Source: the human T2T-CHM13v2.0 reference genome, Homo sapiens
NCBI RefSeq assembly: GCF_009914755.1
Contig: NC_060939.1
Direction: 5' to 3' (one strand)
Length of the DNA: 64,000 nucleotides
Under the pieces are notes generated by a model. The model was not told the DNA's origin, searched no databases, and saw only the letters and a list, made by a program, of their open reading frames with translations. This document shows positions 24,940 to 37,983 of this stretch, in pieces. A program made the position numbers and the translations under genes. How positions within the stretch are numbered: position 1 is the stretch's first letter; each line of letters opens with the position of its first letter.

Positions 24940-27900
24940 TTTTAAAATGTTGATTTTATTGATAAATAAATATATATAGGGTACAATGTGGTACGATACA
25001 TGTAGATATTGTGAAATGGACTAATTAGGCTAAATAACGTATCCTTCACCTCAGATATGTATTACATTATGGTGAAACATTTAAAATGTACTATTTTAGC
25101 ACTTTTAAGATATGCACTACATTATGAGTAACTGCAGTCACTTTGCTGTGCACCATATCACCAGAATGTCTTTCTCCTAACTGAAGCATTATCCCATTCA
25201 ATATTTCCCCTTTTTCCACCCCTGCCCCCCACCCTGCTCAGCCTCTGATAAACCACCATTCTATTCTTAACTTCTATGAGTGCACAGTTTTGGATTTCAC
25301 ATATAAGTGATACTATGAGATATTTGTCTTTCTGTGTCTGGCTTATTTTACTTAGCATAATGTCCTCTAAATTCATCCATGTTTTTGCAAATGACAGATT
25401 TTCATTCATTTATAAAGATAAGTAGTATTTTTGTATGCATCCTACATATACTTTTAACTTTCCACAGCTTTATTGAGATATAATTTATACATTGTGTAAT
25501 TCACTCATTTAAAGTACAAACTTCAAATTCTTTTAGTATATTAACTGGATGGACAAATAATCATCATAATATAATTTTAGAACATTTTATTTTCCTTAAA
25601 AGAGACTTGCGCCCATTAGCAATCTTTCCCCATTTTCTCCAGTCTTTTTTAAACCCCTCCTAGTCTAGGCAACCACTCGTCTACTTTCTGACTATGAATT
25701 TGCCTATTCTGGACATTTCACATAAATGGAATTATAATAACACATAGTCACTTTTTACTCACATCTTTCACCTAACATATTTTTAATGTTCATCCATTTT
25801 GGAGCATGCATTAACAGTTTTTTACCTTTTCTTGCTAAATAAGATTCTATTTTATGGACACACCACATTTTATTTATCCACTCCTCAGCTGATGAACATT
25901 TCTGTTGTTTTCTACTTTGTGTTGCTATAAACATTTGTGTACTACTGTTTGTGTAGCATTTGTTTTATTTTCTTTTTGGTAAACACATAGGAGTGGAATT
26001 GCTGGGTCACGTGATAACTCTATGTTTAACCATTTGAAGAACTGCGAGACTGCTTTACATTTTAAAGTCTCACCAGTGGTGTAGAAGGGTTCCAATTTTT
26101 CCACATATTTTTATCTAGTCTTCAGTTGATAAGCACTTAGGTTGTTTCTAATTCATGGGTATTATGAATAATGCTGCAATGAACATGAAATTGCAGATGT
26201 CTGTTTTTGACATACTGATTAAAATTCCTTTGGACACGTATCCAGAAGTGGGATTGATGGATCATAGGGTAAATATATTTATAATTTCTTGAGGAAGCTT
26301 CATACTGTTTTCCAAGATGGCTGTGCTAATTTCCATTCTTACCAACAGTGCACAGGGTTTCTTTTTCTCCACATCCTCATCAACACTTATCTTCCATCTT
26401 TTTTTATAATAGCCCTAGTAAAATGTGTGAGGTGATATCTCATTGTGGCTTTGATTTGCATTTCTCTGATAATTAGAAATGTTTATGATTTTTTCATGTA
26501 CCTGTTGGCCTTTTGTATGCCTTACGAAATGTCTATTCTGGTTCTTTGCTTATTTTTTTTAATAAGCATAGTTTTATTCTTATGTTTGAGTAGGTTGAGT
26601 TACTTATATATTATTATATGAGCCCCTTATCTGATGTATGGTTTAAAAATGTTATCCCATTTGTGGGTTCTCTTCATTCTATTATCACTTCTTTTCCTGT
26701 GGAAAAGCTTTTTAGTTTTATGCAATCTCATTCATGTGTTTTTGCTTTTGTTGCCTGTGCTTTTGGAATAATCTACAGAAAATCATAGCTCAGGCCAATG
26801 TCATACAGTCTTCTTCTATATTTCCTTGTAGTAGTTTTACATTTAAGTCTTTAATTTTGATTTCATGCTTGTATAAAGAGCAAAAGAAAAGTCAAATTTT
26901 ATTCTTCTGTATGTGGATAGTCAGTTTTTTCTACACCATTTATTGAAAATAATTTTCTTTCTTCATTGTGTATTTTTAGTTATTTTATCAAAAAGTCAAT
27001 TGACCACAGACATACGGATTTATTTACGGGTTCTATATCCCTTTGCACTGTTCTACATGTCTGTTTTTATGCCACTGCTATGTTGTTTTAATTACTATAG
27101 CTTTGTAATATAGTTTGGAATCGGGTAGTCTGATGCCTCCAGCTTTATTCTTTTTGTTCAAGATTGCTTTGGTTAGTCAGGGTCTTTTGTGGTTTCATAC
27201 AAATTTTAGCAGTAATTTTTCTATTTCTGGGAATTTGATAGTGGTTGCATTTAATCTGTAGATTGCTTTGGGTAGCATTGACACTTTTACAATACTAATT
27301 TTTGAATCAATCAATAAAGGATGTTTCTCCATTTATTTATGCCATTTTAACTTTTTTCATCAATGTGCTATAGTTTTCAGTGTGCAAATCTTTCACATTC
27401 TTGATTAAATTTACTCCTAAGTCTTTTACATATTTTTATATCTGTTTTGATTCTATTATAAATTGAATTGCCTTATTAATTTATTTTTCAGGTAATAGTT
27501 TGTCATTAATGTATAGAAACAATAATGCTATCTGTATGATTTTGTAACTATTAACTTTATTGAATTTCTTTATCAGCTTTAACCGTTTATTGTGGTGGAG
27601 TCTTTAAGATTTTCTCTACCTTGAGTGCGCCAGGCGCGGGGAGCCTAGGACCTGGAGCGAGAGCCGCCTACCTGCAGCCGCCGCCCACGGCACGGCAGCC
27701 ACCATGGCGCTCCTGCTGCGCTTCGTGCTCCTGTGCAGAGCCGCGGATTTCATCAGAGGTTGGAGTATCACTACTCCTGAGCAGATGATTGAAAAAGCCA
27801 AAGGGGAAACTGCCTATCTGCCATGCAAATTTACGCTTAGTCCTGAAGACCAGGGACCACTGGACATCGAGTGGCTGATATCACCAGCTGATAATCAGAA

Positions 27901-30900
27901 GGTGGATCAAGTGATTATTTTATATTCTGGAGACAAAATTTATGATGACTACTATCCAGATCTGAAAGGCCGAGTACATTTTAAGAGTAATGATCTCAAA
28001 TCTGGTGATGCATCAATAAATGTAACGAATTTTCAGCTGTCAGATATTGGCACAGATCAGTGCAAAGTGAAAAGAGCTCCTGGTGTTGCAAATAGGAAGA
28101 TTCAGCTGGTAGTTCTTGGTAAGCCTTCAGGTACAAGATGTTACGTTGATGGATCAGAAGAAATTGGAAGTGACTTTAAATTAAAATGTGAACCAAAAGA
28201 AGGTTCACTTCCATTACAGTATGAGTGGCAAAAATTGTCTGACTCACAGAAAATGCCCACTTCATGGTTAGCAGAAATGACTTCATCTGTTATATCTGTA
28301 AAAATGCTTCTTCTGAGTACTCTGGGACATACAGCTGTACATCAGAAACAGAGTGGGCTCTGATCAGTGCCTGTTGCGTGTAAACGTTGTCCCTCCTTCA
28401 AATAAAGCTGGACTAATTGCAGGAGCCATTATAGGAACTTTGCTTGCTCTAGTGCTCATTGGTCTTATCATCTTTTGCTGTCGTAAAAAGCGCAGAGAAG
28501 AAAAATATGAAAAGGAAGTTCATCACGATATCAAGGAAGATGTGCCGCCTCCAAAGAGCCGCACGTCCACTGCCAGAAGCTACATAGGCAGTAATCATTC
28601 ATCCCTGGGATCCATATCTCCTTCCAACATGGAAGGATATTCCAAGACTCAGTATAAACAAGTACCAAGTGAAGACTTTGAACGCACTCCTCAGAGTCCG
28701 ACTCTCCCACCTGCTAAGGTAGCTGCCCCTAATCTAAGTCGAATGGGCGCGATTCCTGTGATGATTCCCGCACAGAGCAAGGATGGGTCTATAGTATAGA
28801 GCCTCCATACGTCTCATCTGTGCTCTCCGTGTTCCTTTCCTTTTTTTGATATATGAAAACCTATTCTGGTCTAAATTTTGTTACTAGCCTCAGAATGTAT
28901 CAAAAAATAAGTTAATCAGGAGCTGTAAGGAATATATTTTTAAAAATTTTTGTTTGGTTATATCGAAATAGTTACGGGCATTAAAGTTAGTAAAGACAAG
29001 TTTACCATCTGAAAAGGCTGGATTTTCTTTAAGAGGCTGATTATAAAGGTTTCTAAATGTTATCAGTACCTAAGTAAGATGTAGCACTTTGAGTATGAAA
29101 TCATAGGTGAAGAAATCGGTGAACTTACTTGCATACCAAGTTGATACTTGAGTAACCATCTGAAAGTGGTACTTGATAATTTTTACCATTATTTTTAGGA
29201 TGTGTATCTCATTTATTTATGGCCCACAAGTCTCCCCCAAATTAGTACAGAAACATCCCTGACAAAATTACTTATGTACGTTTGTACTTGTTTTCACAGC
29301 TCCTCGGAAAACTCTGTGTTAGGAATATCTCTAAAAACATAGAAAACACTACAGTGGTTTAGAAATTACTAATTTTACTTCTAAGTCATTCATAAACCTT
29401 GCCTATGAAATGACTTCTTAAATATTTAGTTGATAGACTGCTACAGGTAATAGGGACTTAGCAAGCTCTTTTATATGCTAAAGGAGCATCTATCAGATTA
29501 AGTTAGAACATTTGCTGTCTGCCACATATTGAGATGGCACTAGGTGCAATAGCAGGGATAGATTTTGTTGGTGAGAGGTCTCATGCCTTGAGATCTGTGG
29601 TGGTCTTTAAAATGGTGGCCAGCCAGACCAAGGATGTAGTATCTCATAGTCCCCAACTAAATGCTGGCTTTCCACTTTAGGTGATATTTTTCTAATTAGA
29701 AAACTATTATAACTCACTTATTGTTTGACAATTATAGATTGAAATTTCCTAATTCTAAATTTTAAGTGGCTCTTCGGTTTCAGTGCTCTATGTTGTTTGT
29801 TGTTGGTTTTGGATGGCATTACATATTATATGTTCTAGAAACATGTAATCCTAAATTTACCCTCTTGAATATGATCCCTGGATGATATTTTTATCATAAA
29901 TGCAGAATAATCAAATACATTTTAAGCAAGTAAGTGTCCTCCATCAGTTCCGTATTCCAGACTTGGGAGGATGTACAGTTGCTGTTGTGTGATCAAACAT
30001 GTCTCTGTGTAGTTCCAGCAAATCAAGGTGAGCTTCAAAAAAGTTTGAGTCTCAGTTTTGTGAAAGTGATTTATTCTTAAAAAAAAAAAAAAAGAAAGAA
30101 AGAAAAAAAGAAAAAGAAAAAAAGATAAGAAAAAGGAATAAAGCAACCACTCCTCCTTGTCAAATGTGCTAAATATCATTTTAGGAGAAGAGAGTGGACT
30201 TATTGTATCTCCCTTAAGATTGTGAGGGAGTGTGGATACAGTAGAATGAGCCAATAGTTTCTTTATAATAAATACGGTCTGCAATAAATTATTTCACTAG
30301 CTCTAAAACCTTTCCCTAGATTTTAGTGGGGAGTTGGTTTCTGTTAATATCTTTGGGTGCTGTGGTGGTAAATGCTACATTATAAACGGTGGCATGTATT
30401 TACAGTTACAGTATTGTGTGTACACTTTTTAATGGTAAACTTAAGCTGAATGTGTAATGGACTTGTGTATAGTTTTACATATTTGGAAGCATTTTAAAAA
30501 TAGGTTTTAACCTTACATAAAATTACTTTTATACTTGTGTTAACATTTTCTTCTGTGCCTTTTGGGTAATTTAATTTCTGTTATGAATTTCTGGTGCCTA
30601 TGAGCTAGCTATCACCTACCTGAAAGTTGCTTAGAGGTGAAGGTACTGTTTCTAAAAACACATCACTGTGACATCTTTCTATCCTCATATTTTCAAGCTT
30701 GCCTCTTTTCTGTTCTTTGTGGATATAACTTAAGTGATTGTGTTATTCATAAAGATTTAGAAATTTCAATATTCCCAACACTCTGACTATGTTTCTGATT
30801 TTATAACAGTAGCCATTTTTGAATGTCAGATGTTTGGCCTGTTTTATATGAATAAAGTTTATTTATAAAATATTATAAAAATAAGTAAATAGAACATTAA

Positions 30901-31030
30901 TAATAAAAAAAGATTTTCTGTATCTTAAGATTATATTTTCAGAAAACAGAAACAATCTTACCTCTTCCTTCCCTATATGGATTTCTTTTATTTCTTTGTC
31001 TTGTGTAATTGATCTGGCTAGGCAATTACA
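24940..31030 (-). mobile_element. L1MA/L1MB antisense complex, split by the CXADR retrocopy
   Basis: L1M 3' ends near 24940 and 25460, antisense ORF2 to 27618, resuming collinearly at 30923 (AAGATTATATTTTCAGAAAACAGAAACAAT...GATCTGGCTAGG). ORF 25158-25409 ENLSFAKTWMNLEDIMLSKISQTQKDKY is the L1 ORF2 C-terminus. Confidence 0.85.
27619..30910 (+). pseudogene. CXADR: CXADR (coxsackie/adenovirus receptor) processed pseudogene with 5' UTR, CDS relic 27704-28799, ~2.1-kb 3' UTR and poly-A remnant (CXADRP1/2/3 class)
   Basis: Intronless. ORFs 27704-28363 and 28353-28799 together cover the 365-aa CAR protein ending in GSIV. Two 1-nt deletions (A-run 28300-28304; between 28341 and 28342) give 1096 instead of 1098 nt. 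AATAAA at 30851, A-tail, TSD AAGATTTTCT(C/G)TA at 27606-27618 and 30910-30922. Confidence 0.97.
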
Positions 31031-31129
31031 CATAATGTTTTCAGCATTTGTAATTTTACATCAAATCCATCCATTGTAGCACATTGACTGCTACTTTTCA
31101 ACTTGTAAACCTGGACATTTATCACCACT

Positions 31130-33270
31130 CTTCCTCCAGTACAGGAGTCCATGGCCCGGTGTGGGCCCTACTGTGCCACAGTCCAGGGCACGGCTGGGCG
31201 CAGGTTCTCTCGTGCAAGAGTCCGCAGCTCTGCGGAGCAAGAGTTCTCCAGTGCCTTAGACCAGGGTGAGGCAGGGGTGAGGCTCCTTCAGTAGCTCAGT
31301 CCAGGACGCAGCCCTGCGAGGGTCCTCCTGTGCAGGAGTACACGATGCTGCGGGGTCCTACTGTGCCTTAGTCCAAGACGCCAGGGGGCTGGGTCCTCTG
31401 GTGCCATAGTCCAGGGTGCAGTGGAACAGGAGTCCTGTGGAGCAGCAGTCCAGGGCGCGATGGGGCATGGATTCTCAGGTGCCGCAGTCCAGAACACTGC
31501 AGGGCGGGATTCCTGCCTTGCTATATCCAGGGTGCCGCGGGGCGGGGGTTCTCTTGTGCAGGAGTCCAGGACGTGGCGGAGCAGGAGTCCTCCGTGTAGG
31601 TGTCCTCCGGTGCTGGAGTCCAGAGCTCAGTGAGGCTGGGTCCTCCCGTGCCATAGTGTAGGGCATGGCGGGACAGGGATCCAGCCCTGCGATAGTCCAG
31701 TGCTTGAGTCCGCAGTAAGGCAATGGTCCTCCAGTGCTGGAGTTCACGGTGTGGTGGGGTCGGGGTCCTTCGGTGACTTAGTCCAGGGCGTACCAGGGCG
31801 GGGTTCCACAGTTGCCATAGTGAGGATCCTGGAGGAGGGTGGTTCCTGCCTTGCTGTAGTCCGGGGAGCAGGGGGCAGGGGTTCTCTCTTGTCAGAGTCT
31901 CTGGCGCGATGGGGGTGGGCTGGGGGTTTTCCTATGCGATAGCCCACTGGGCGGTGAAGCCGGGTCCTCCCGTGCCTTTGTCCAGGGTGCAGGGGGGCGA
32001 GGGTCTTCAGTGGTGGAGTCCGTGGAGCAGCAGGGCGGGGGTCCTGCAGTGCCATATTCCAGGCCGCTGCGGAGTGGGGGACCTGTCCTGCAGTGGTCCA
32101 GGGCATGCGGGAATGGTGGTCCTCCTGTGCCATAGTCCAACGCGCAGCGGGGCGGGGGGTCACCTCGTCCTGCGGTCCACCAACCACGAGGCCCGGGTGC
32201 TGCTGTGCCTCAGTCCAGTGCGCGGTGGGACGGCGGTCCTGCTGTGCTGTAGTGCAGGACGCGGTGGCGCAGGGGTAGTCCAGAGAGCGCCGTGGCAGGG
32301 GGTCCTCCAGTGCTGGAATCCAGTGCAAGGCGGGTCAGGGGTCTTACCGTGCCGAAGTCGGTGGCAGGGGTCCTCCCGTGCCATAGTCTAGGGGGCGACG
32401 GGGCAGGGTTCTCTAGTGCAGGTGTCCAGGGTGTGGCAGGGCAGGAGTCCTCTGGTGCAGGAGTCCAGAACCTAGCCGAGGAGTCCTCCAATGCCAGAGT
32501 CCAGGGCTCTGCGGGGCCGGGTTCCCCCATGCCAGAGTGTAGGGCGTGTTCAGGCGAGGGTCTTGGCGTGCAGTAGTCCAGGGTGCGGTGGGGCAGGGGT
32601 AGTCCAGACCTCCATGGCGGGGGTCCCTCTGTGCAGGAGCCCAGTGCCCGGCGGATCGGGGGTCCTTCCGTGCTGTAGTCCGGGGCACGGCAAGGTGTGG
32701 GTCCTCTGGTGCCCTAGTTCGGGGGCGGCGAGTCAGAGGTTCTCCCGTGTCTTGGTCTAGGGCGTGGAAGGACTGGGGTCCTGGAGTCCACGCGGTAGCA
32801 CAAGTTGCCCCAGGACCAGGTCCTCTGGAACCACAGTCCAGGGCGCTGAGGGGCAGGAGTAGTTCAGGGCGAGCCGGGGCCAAGGTCCTCGGGAGCCAGA
32901 GTCCAGGGTGTGGAAGGGTGGGGGTTCTGCAGTGCACAGTCCAGGACACCGCGGGGCGGGGCAGGGCGGGGATCCTCCGGTGCCTTAGTCCAGGGCTGAG
33001 CCGCGGTAGAGGTCCTTCAGTAGCATAGTCTAGCGCACGGCGTTGCAGGTGTCCTCCAGTGCCTGAGACCACGGCAGGTCGCGGGTCCCACTGTGCTCTA
33101 GTTCAGGATGGAGCAGGTCTGAGGTCTTCTGTTGCCTCAGTCTAGGGCGCTGGAGAGCGGGGATCCTCTGGTGCCAGAGTCAATGGATCCACCGGTCGGG
33201 GTCCTCCCATGTCTTAGCCCCGGGAGGGGAGAGGCGGGGGTCCTCCTTTGCCCTAGTCCAAGGCATTGTG
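31130..33270. repeat. ~39-bp GC-rich degenerate minisatellite (core GGGTCCTCC..TGCCATAGTCCAGGG), roughly 50 copies
   Basis: AGTCCAG(G) anchors at 31408, 31447, 31486, ~31524 and 31563; strong G skew on the plus strand; CpG-rich. Confidence 0.9.
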
Positions 33271-34609
33271 AGGCCCCGCTCCTGCATTCTTAACTGTCTG
33301 TGCCTCTGCCGCCGCGGGGGAAAACTGCACCATCTCAGGCAAGCCTAACAGAGCAGCTGTCCTTAAAAGATTCCCAGTTGAGTGTGGTTCGGAGCAGGCC
33401 TGAGAAGTGTGCCCTTAGATGGCTTCAAGGGCTCTGGGCAATGTTTAAGGAATCCAGCTGACCTCAGTTACTCCGAGCCCTTTTCCACTCAGCAGAACTT
33501 CTGGCCACCGGGTCCTCTATCTGCGGAGCCCTTCTATCATCCCAGATCCCCACAGGGTGGACTCCGTCTCATCCTCACAATCTCAGCTCAGGCCTTATTC
33601 ATCACAGCATTCCTGGCACCAGGCCTGGCCCATGAGAAATTGGTCAGATTAAGAGCTAAATGTGTTTCCATGGTCACTTGTTTTCTTCAGGCCTCCTTTC
33701 TTTGTGCCAGCATCTTTGGGTTTTGGTTAAAGTTTTCAGCAGCTGCATGAAGTTCCATTTTTCTTACCAGGTAAGAGACATAGCTTCATGAAAACAAAGG
33801 CAGAACGCTTGTGACCAGAGAACTCCCAGTCCTCTCCCTGCATAGGAAAACTGGACTTCTCCGGAGGGCTCCAGCTCCTGGGCAAATCTCTAGGGCCACT
33901 TAATTGGGCTGTCCCCCACCTTTGTTTCTGGTTTTGAAGGGGCGGAAGTTGGGAATCCTTTCTAAGTCTCTACACATGGAGCCCTTCTTTGGTGGGAAAG
34001 TCTTGACATATACCAGGATTGTCACTGACCTTTCAGAGCCTTCAAGAATCCTGAGCTGCTTTGGCTTCTGTTCCTGGAAGAGAGGCCACTGAACTGCTCT
34101 GGAGCTGGAGTTCAAGTTCAAATATTCATCACTGTTACTAAGCCTTTACATAGCATGTGATTTCTTTCCGGCAGGCTCATGGTCACTTAGGTTTGCTTGT
34201 ATGTAGATGGAGTGGTCTGCATCCTCATTCAGGTAACACCCCCAGCCTTTCATGCTGAGATTGGCCATTTTATTTGTAACTCACTGTACAATCCATTTGC
34301 TCTTCCAGTGTCCCTTAGAAGGATGCAGAGTGTACTGTAGAATGCCATAGAGACCTGGGTTTAGGGAAAATATTTGACCCAAAGTCCGCCAACTCACATG
34401 AGTATCTCCCCACAACTTGTACCGTGCTAGTCTCTGGGTATATAGCAAATGAAACCGTGCCTGAACAGATGTTACAAACACCCTCCCCTGAGAGACTCCA
34501 GGGCTGCTTTATTCATGCAAAACGGTGGGCTCTAATAAGCTCAGAGCTGAGAGGAACAAGTTTTCATTCCAGTGTTCTCAAAAACTCCCTTTGTGACTTT
34601 AGGCCTAAT

Positions 34610-34810
34610 AATAATAACACTACCTAGGTAGTGAACACCTCTGTGCCAAGAAATATCATGATCATTGCCTGAGTTGTAATTCTCACAGTAGTCCTGCAGG
34701 ACAGCTGCTATTACTGCTTATTATGCAGATGGGCAACCTGAGGCTCAGATGGAGTTAAGTGGCTTAATTGGTAGCAATAGAGCCAGGATTTGAACCCAGG
34801 GCTGCCTGAT
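34610..34810 (-). mobile_element. MIR
   Basis: MIR core GCAGATGGGCAACCTGAGGCTCAGATGGAGTTAAGTGGCTT...GAGCCAGGATTTGAACCCAGG. Confidence 0.75.
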
Positions 34811-35755
34811 CACCAAATAAAATTGTACTCAACATGATGCACTTAACTTTTCTGGCCTCATTTCTCTCACCTGTAAAAATGCATATTTCAGATGTTTGTA
34901 ATATTTTACCTGTGGTTGAAAGAGTTACCAGCCCTTCCTTGATCACCCATGGTAAGACCCATGAGCCTCTGAATATAATTATAGAAAACATTTGGAGAGG
35001 GATAGAGAGAAACAAGCTCATGCCTCCTTTGATAATGTCAAATTTTCAGTGCACGAAGCCATACATAGTGCAGTTTTCTAGCTTCCCTTTCACACATGGC
35101 GTTGAAGAAAGTAAATTAAGCAACTCAGCTAACACTGGGAATGCAGCAGAAGTCATCGAGTTCAGTGCTGGGAGACAGTTGCCATGATATTCCAACATGG
35201 ACACCAGGATCACAGTCGATGACTATGCCCTCCCTTGAAGATGGTGGCTTGCCTCTCTTTCTGTAAGCACATGTCATGTCATAACAATATTAAACAATTA
35301 AAAGTAATGTCCCCATCTTCTTCTACACTGCCTTTGAATTATTATTTTAGATCTGCCAAAATAAATTGCAAACTCATTACCAAGAAATGGGGGTGCCTGC
35401 ATCCCTGCCTTCCTGAGTAGTCTATTCACCCAAAGACAAAAGGGTGACCAGCCTCCATCTGGGATATTCAAAGACACAGTCACCCTGCCATGCAGCCTGA
35501 GGCTGGCGAAGGTCCAATCCCCTTTTTAAGAAGCTTGTTGGATGAGCTTCATAAACATACAACCACAAAGGAAAGGCACAGCTGATGTGAGCGAGGCTGA
35601 TAAGATGGGCATTTTGTCTGCTTCAAGGTTAGAATGCAACTTGTCTGTCAAAATGTGGTTATCTGACCTCCACAATGCTGCAGTCCAGCTAAATCCTGCA
35701 AATATTCATCCACCATTTACTATGGATAAAACAATAATGTGCTGTGGGGAATCCA

Positions 35756-35758
<3 letters not shown>

Positions 35759-35788
<30 letters not shown>
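35759..35788. repeat. (AC)n microsatellite
   Basis: About 15 perfect AC units, with imperfect CA sequence continuing to ~35820. Confidence 0.95.
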
Positions 35789-35793
<5 letters not shown>

Positions 35794-36619
35794 TGCACAC
35801 ACACATGCATGCACACACACTGCTCCTGCTGTCTCAGAGGTTCCATGCTGGCAAGGCAGAAGTGCAAACATTAGCAGGTAAGTCCACTAGCAGGAGGAAT
35901 GTGATAAGTAGATCCAACAGGGTACAACACAGTATGATAGAAGCAAACAAGGTAGAAATGAGTTCTGACTCCCTTTCACTTATGAAACTGATTATGGAAT
36001 AGTGTATGAAAGGCTTGCCTGAATGAATCTCATATTTTCCAAGTGTTTTCTATCCCAGTGATTGGAACTTTTATTCATTTATACCATTGTCCAAAAGGAA
36101 AATACAGGAGATTTTCCTAAGACCATCCTCTGTCTTATCGCTCATATCATATCCCCAAACATCACCAAGCCCTGCCCACTTTTACCTACTCGGTTTCTCT
36201 CCAGTTGCTCTGTTTTCTCCATATGCACTAGTGATACCTTGGCTACATGAAGACCACCAGCAGCAGCCGGGACAACCAGCACCCTGTGGAACTGCATAGA
36301 GTGCATAGAATACGTCCTCCCTTCAGTCGGCTTGGGTCAGCTTAGGTCATGGGCCACCTGGACTGACAGCAGTTTCCACAGAAATGCCTCAAGATGATAG
36401 AATAATCCAAATCTCTTTGCATGGGGCATGGTGTGGCTATCTGAGAAAATCCTGGCTTTTATAGGAAGGAGAAAGAAGAATGCTTCTTGAGGGGAAGAAA
36501 CCAACAGGAATGTGCCTCAGGGAAATGTCACCAGAGGAGAGTGAGCTGTAATGAGTATTTTGGCAGATTGCATGTTTCTTGTGGTTCTTGTGTTCCTCGG
36601 CCCTGCACAGAGCTACCAT

Positions 36620-36900
36620 TTACTCATTTGACAAATATTTGAGTAGTAGACTCCAGGGTTCAATAGTGAGCAAAAATGCACAGAATTTCTTCTCTAGTGG
36701 AGCTGAGAGTCTAACAGAAAGAGGTGATGTTAGTCACAGAATTATGTAACAAGGGAAAGTTCAGCAGACCCAGGGGTGCTGCAAGAGCCTGGGAAGGTGG
36801 ACTGACCCCAAGAGGGAGGCAGGAAAGGTTGCCCCCAGGAAGCAGCACTTGAGCTAAAATCAGGGAGAAAACTAGGCAAAGACACAGCATTCAGGAGGAG
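36620..36900 (-). mobile_element. L2 fragment
   Basis: CATTTGACAAATATTTGAG...AATAGTGAGCAAAA...TGGAGCTGAGAGTCTA, typical antisense L2 3' end. Confidence 0.55.
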
Positions 36901-37719
36901 GTAGAAGCTGGCCCATGAGGATGGTGGTGTGGAGAGGTGAACCAATACCCAGGTCTTGGATTTATTGTTGAGCTGCTGAATTAACCAGTGCTGGCTCTCT
37001 CCCAACCTCTGCACTTCTTGTTTTGCAAGGTTTTTTTTTTTTTTATTTAAAAGCTAGTATGAGTTGGGATCTGTTGCTTTTCTGAGACCCCATCATGTGA
37101 GGTAGACAGGGGGCCTCACTGTACTCTGGGGGAGCTAAAGATGGAGAAGAGTTTTAGAGTGCCTGGAGAAGAGGCCCTTTAATAGATCATTTAAGAAGAG
37201 GGTGCTACCGCTAGACTGCCCAGATTCACTTTCTGGCTTTGTGACCTTGGGCTCTCTGTGTCTGTTTTCCAATCTGAACAATGGAATAATGATAGTATCT
37301 GCCTCTGCCTGCAAGACCCTGTCCTATCAGACCAACTACCTTTTCACTAGAACTCTCTTCCTGCACTGTACCCCAACTGGACCCTCATTAACACTTAAAA
37401 TGGGCATGTTTCCCTTTTCTAGATTTTGCTCAAGACATTTCCCTCATCAGAATTAACTTTGGTCCATCTCCCTCTATTGGAATTCAACCCATTCTCCAGA
37501 AATCAGTTCAAATTTTATCACCAGAATGCCTCTGTCAATTACACCAAGCCTCTTTTATACTTTGTGCCATTTCTGCCATGATTTCTTATGTTTTCCTTTT
37601 TCACTACATATTGGTACAGGTACATATGATCTCCACTTCCACTCAAATGTGAGGTTACTGCGGGCAGTCCCTATGGGTATAGTCATATCCCAAGAGTCCT
37701 GGGCAGAGGGTCCCCCTCT

Positions 37720-37983
37720 TGCACCCAGGTTGGAGTGCAGTGGTGCAACCAGAGCTTACTGCAGCCTTGACCTCCTGGGTTCAAATGATCCTCTCACCTT
37801 AGCTTTTCCAGTAGGTGGTATAAAAAGGCGAGCACCACCATGCTTGGCTAATTTTCATATTTTTCGTAGAGATAGGGTTCCACCATGTTGCCTTGCTTGG
37901 TCTCAAAGTTCTGAGCTCAAGCAATCCACCTGCCTCAGCCTCTCAACATCCTGGAATGACAGCATGAGCTACCACACCTGGCC
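37720..37983 (-). mobile_element. AluJ-like element lacking its tail
   Basis: CCCAGGTTGGAGTGCAGTGGTGC...GAGCTACCACACCTGGCC. Confidence 0.85.

Noticed and set aside
27704-28799. Functional full-length CXADR gene
   Set aside because: Intronless with TSD and poly-A remnant; two 1-nt deletions break the frame.
31084-33072. Pro/Gly/Arg-rich ORFs up to 219 aa
   Set aside because: Translations of the 39-bp GC-rich minisatellite.
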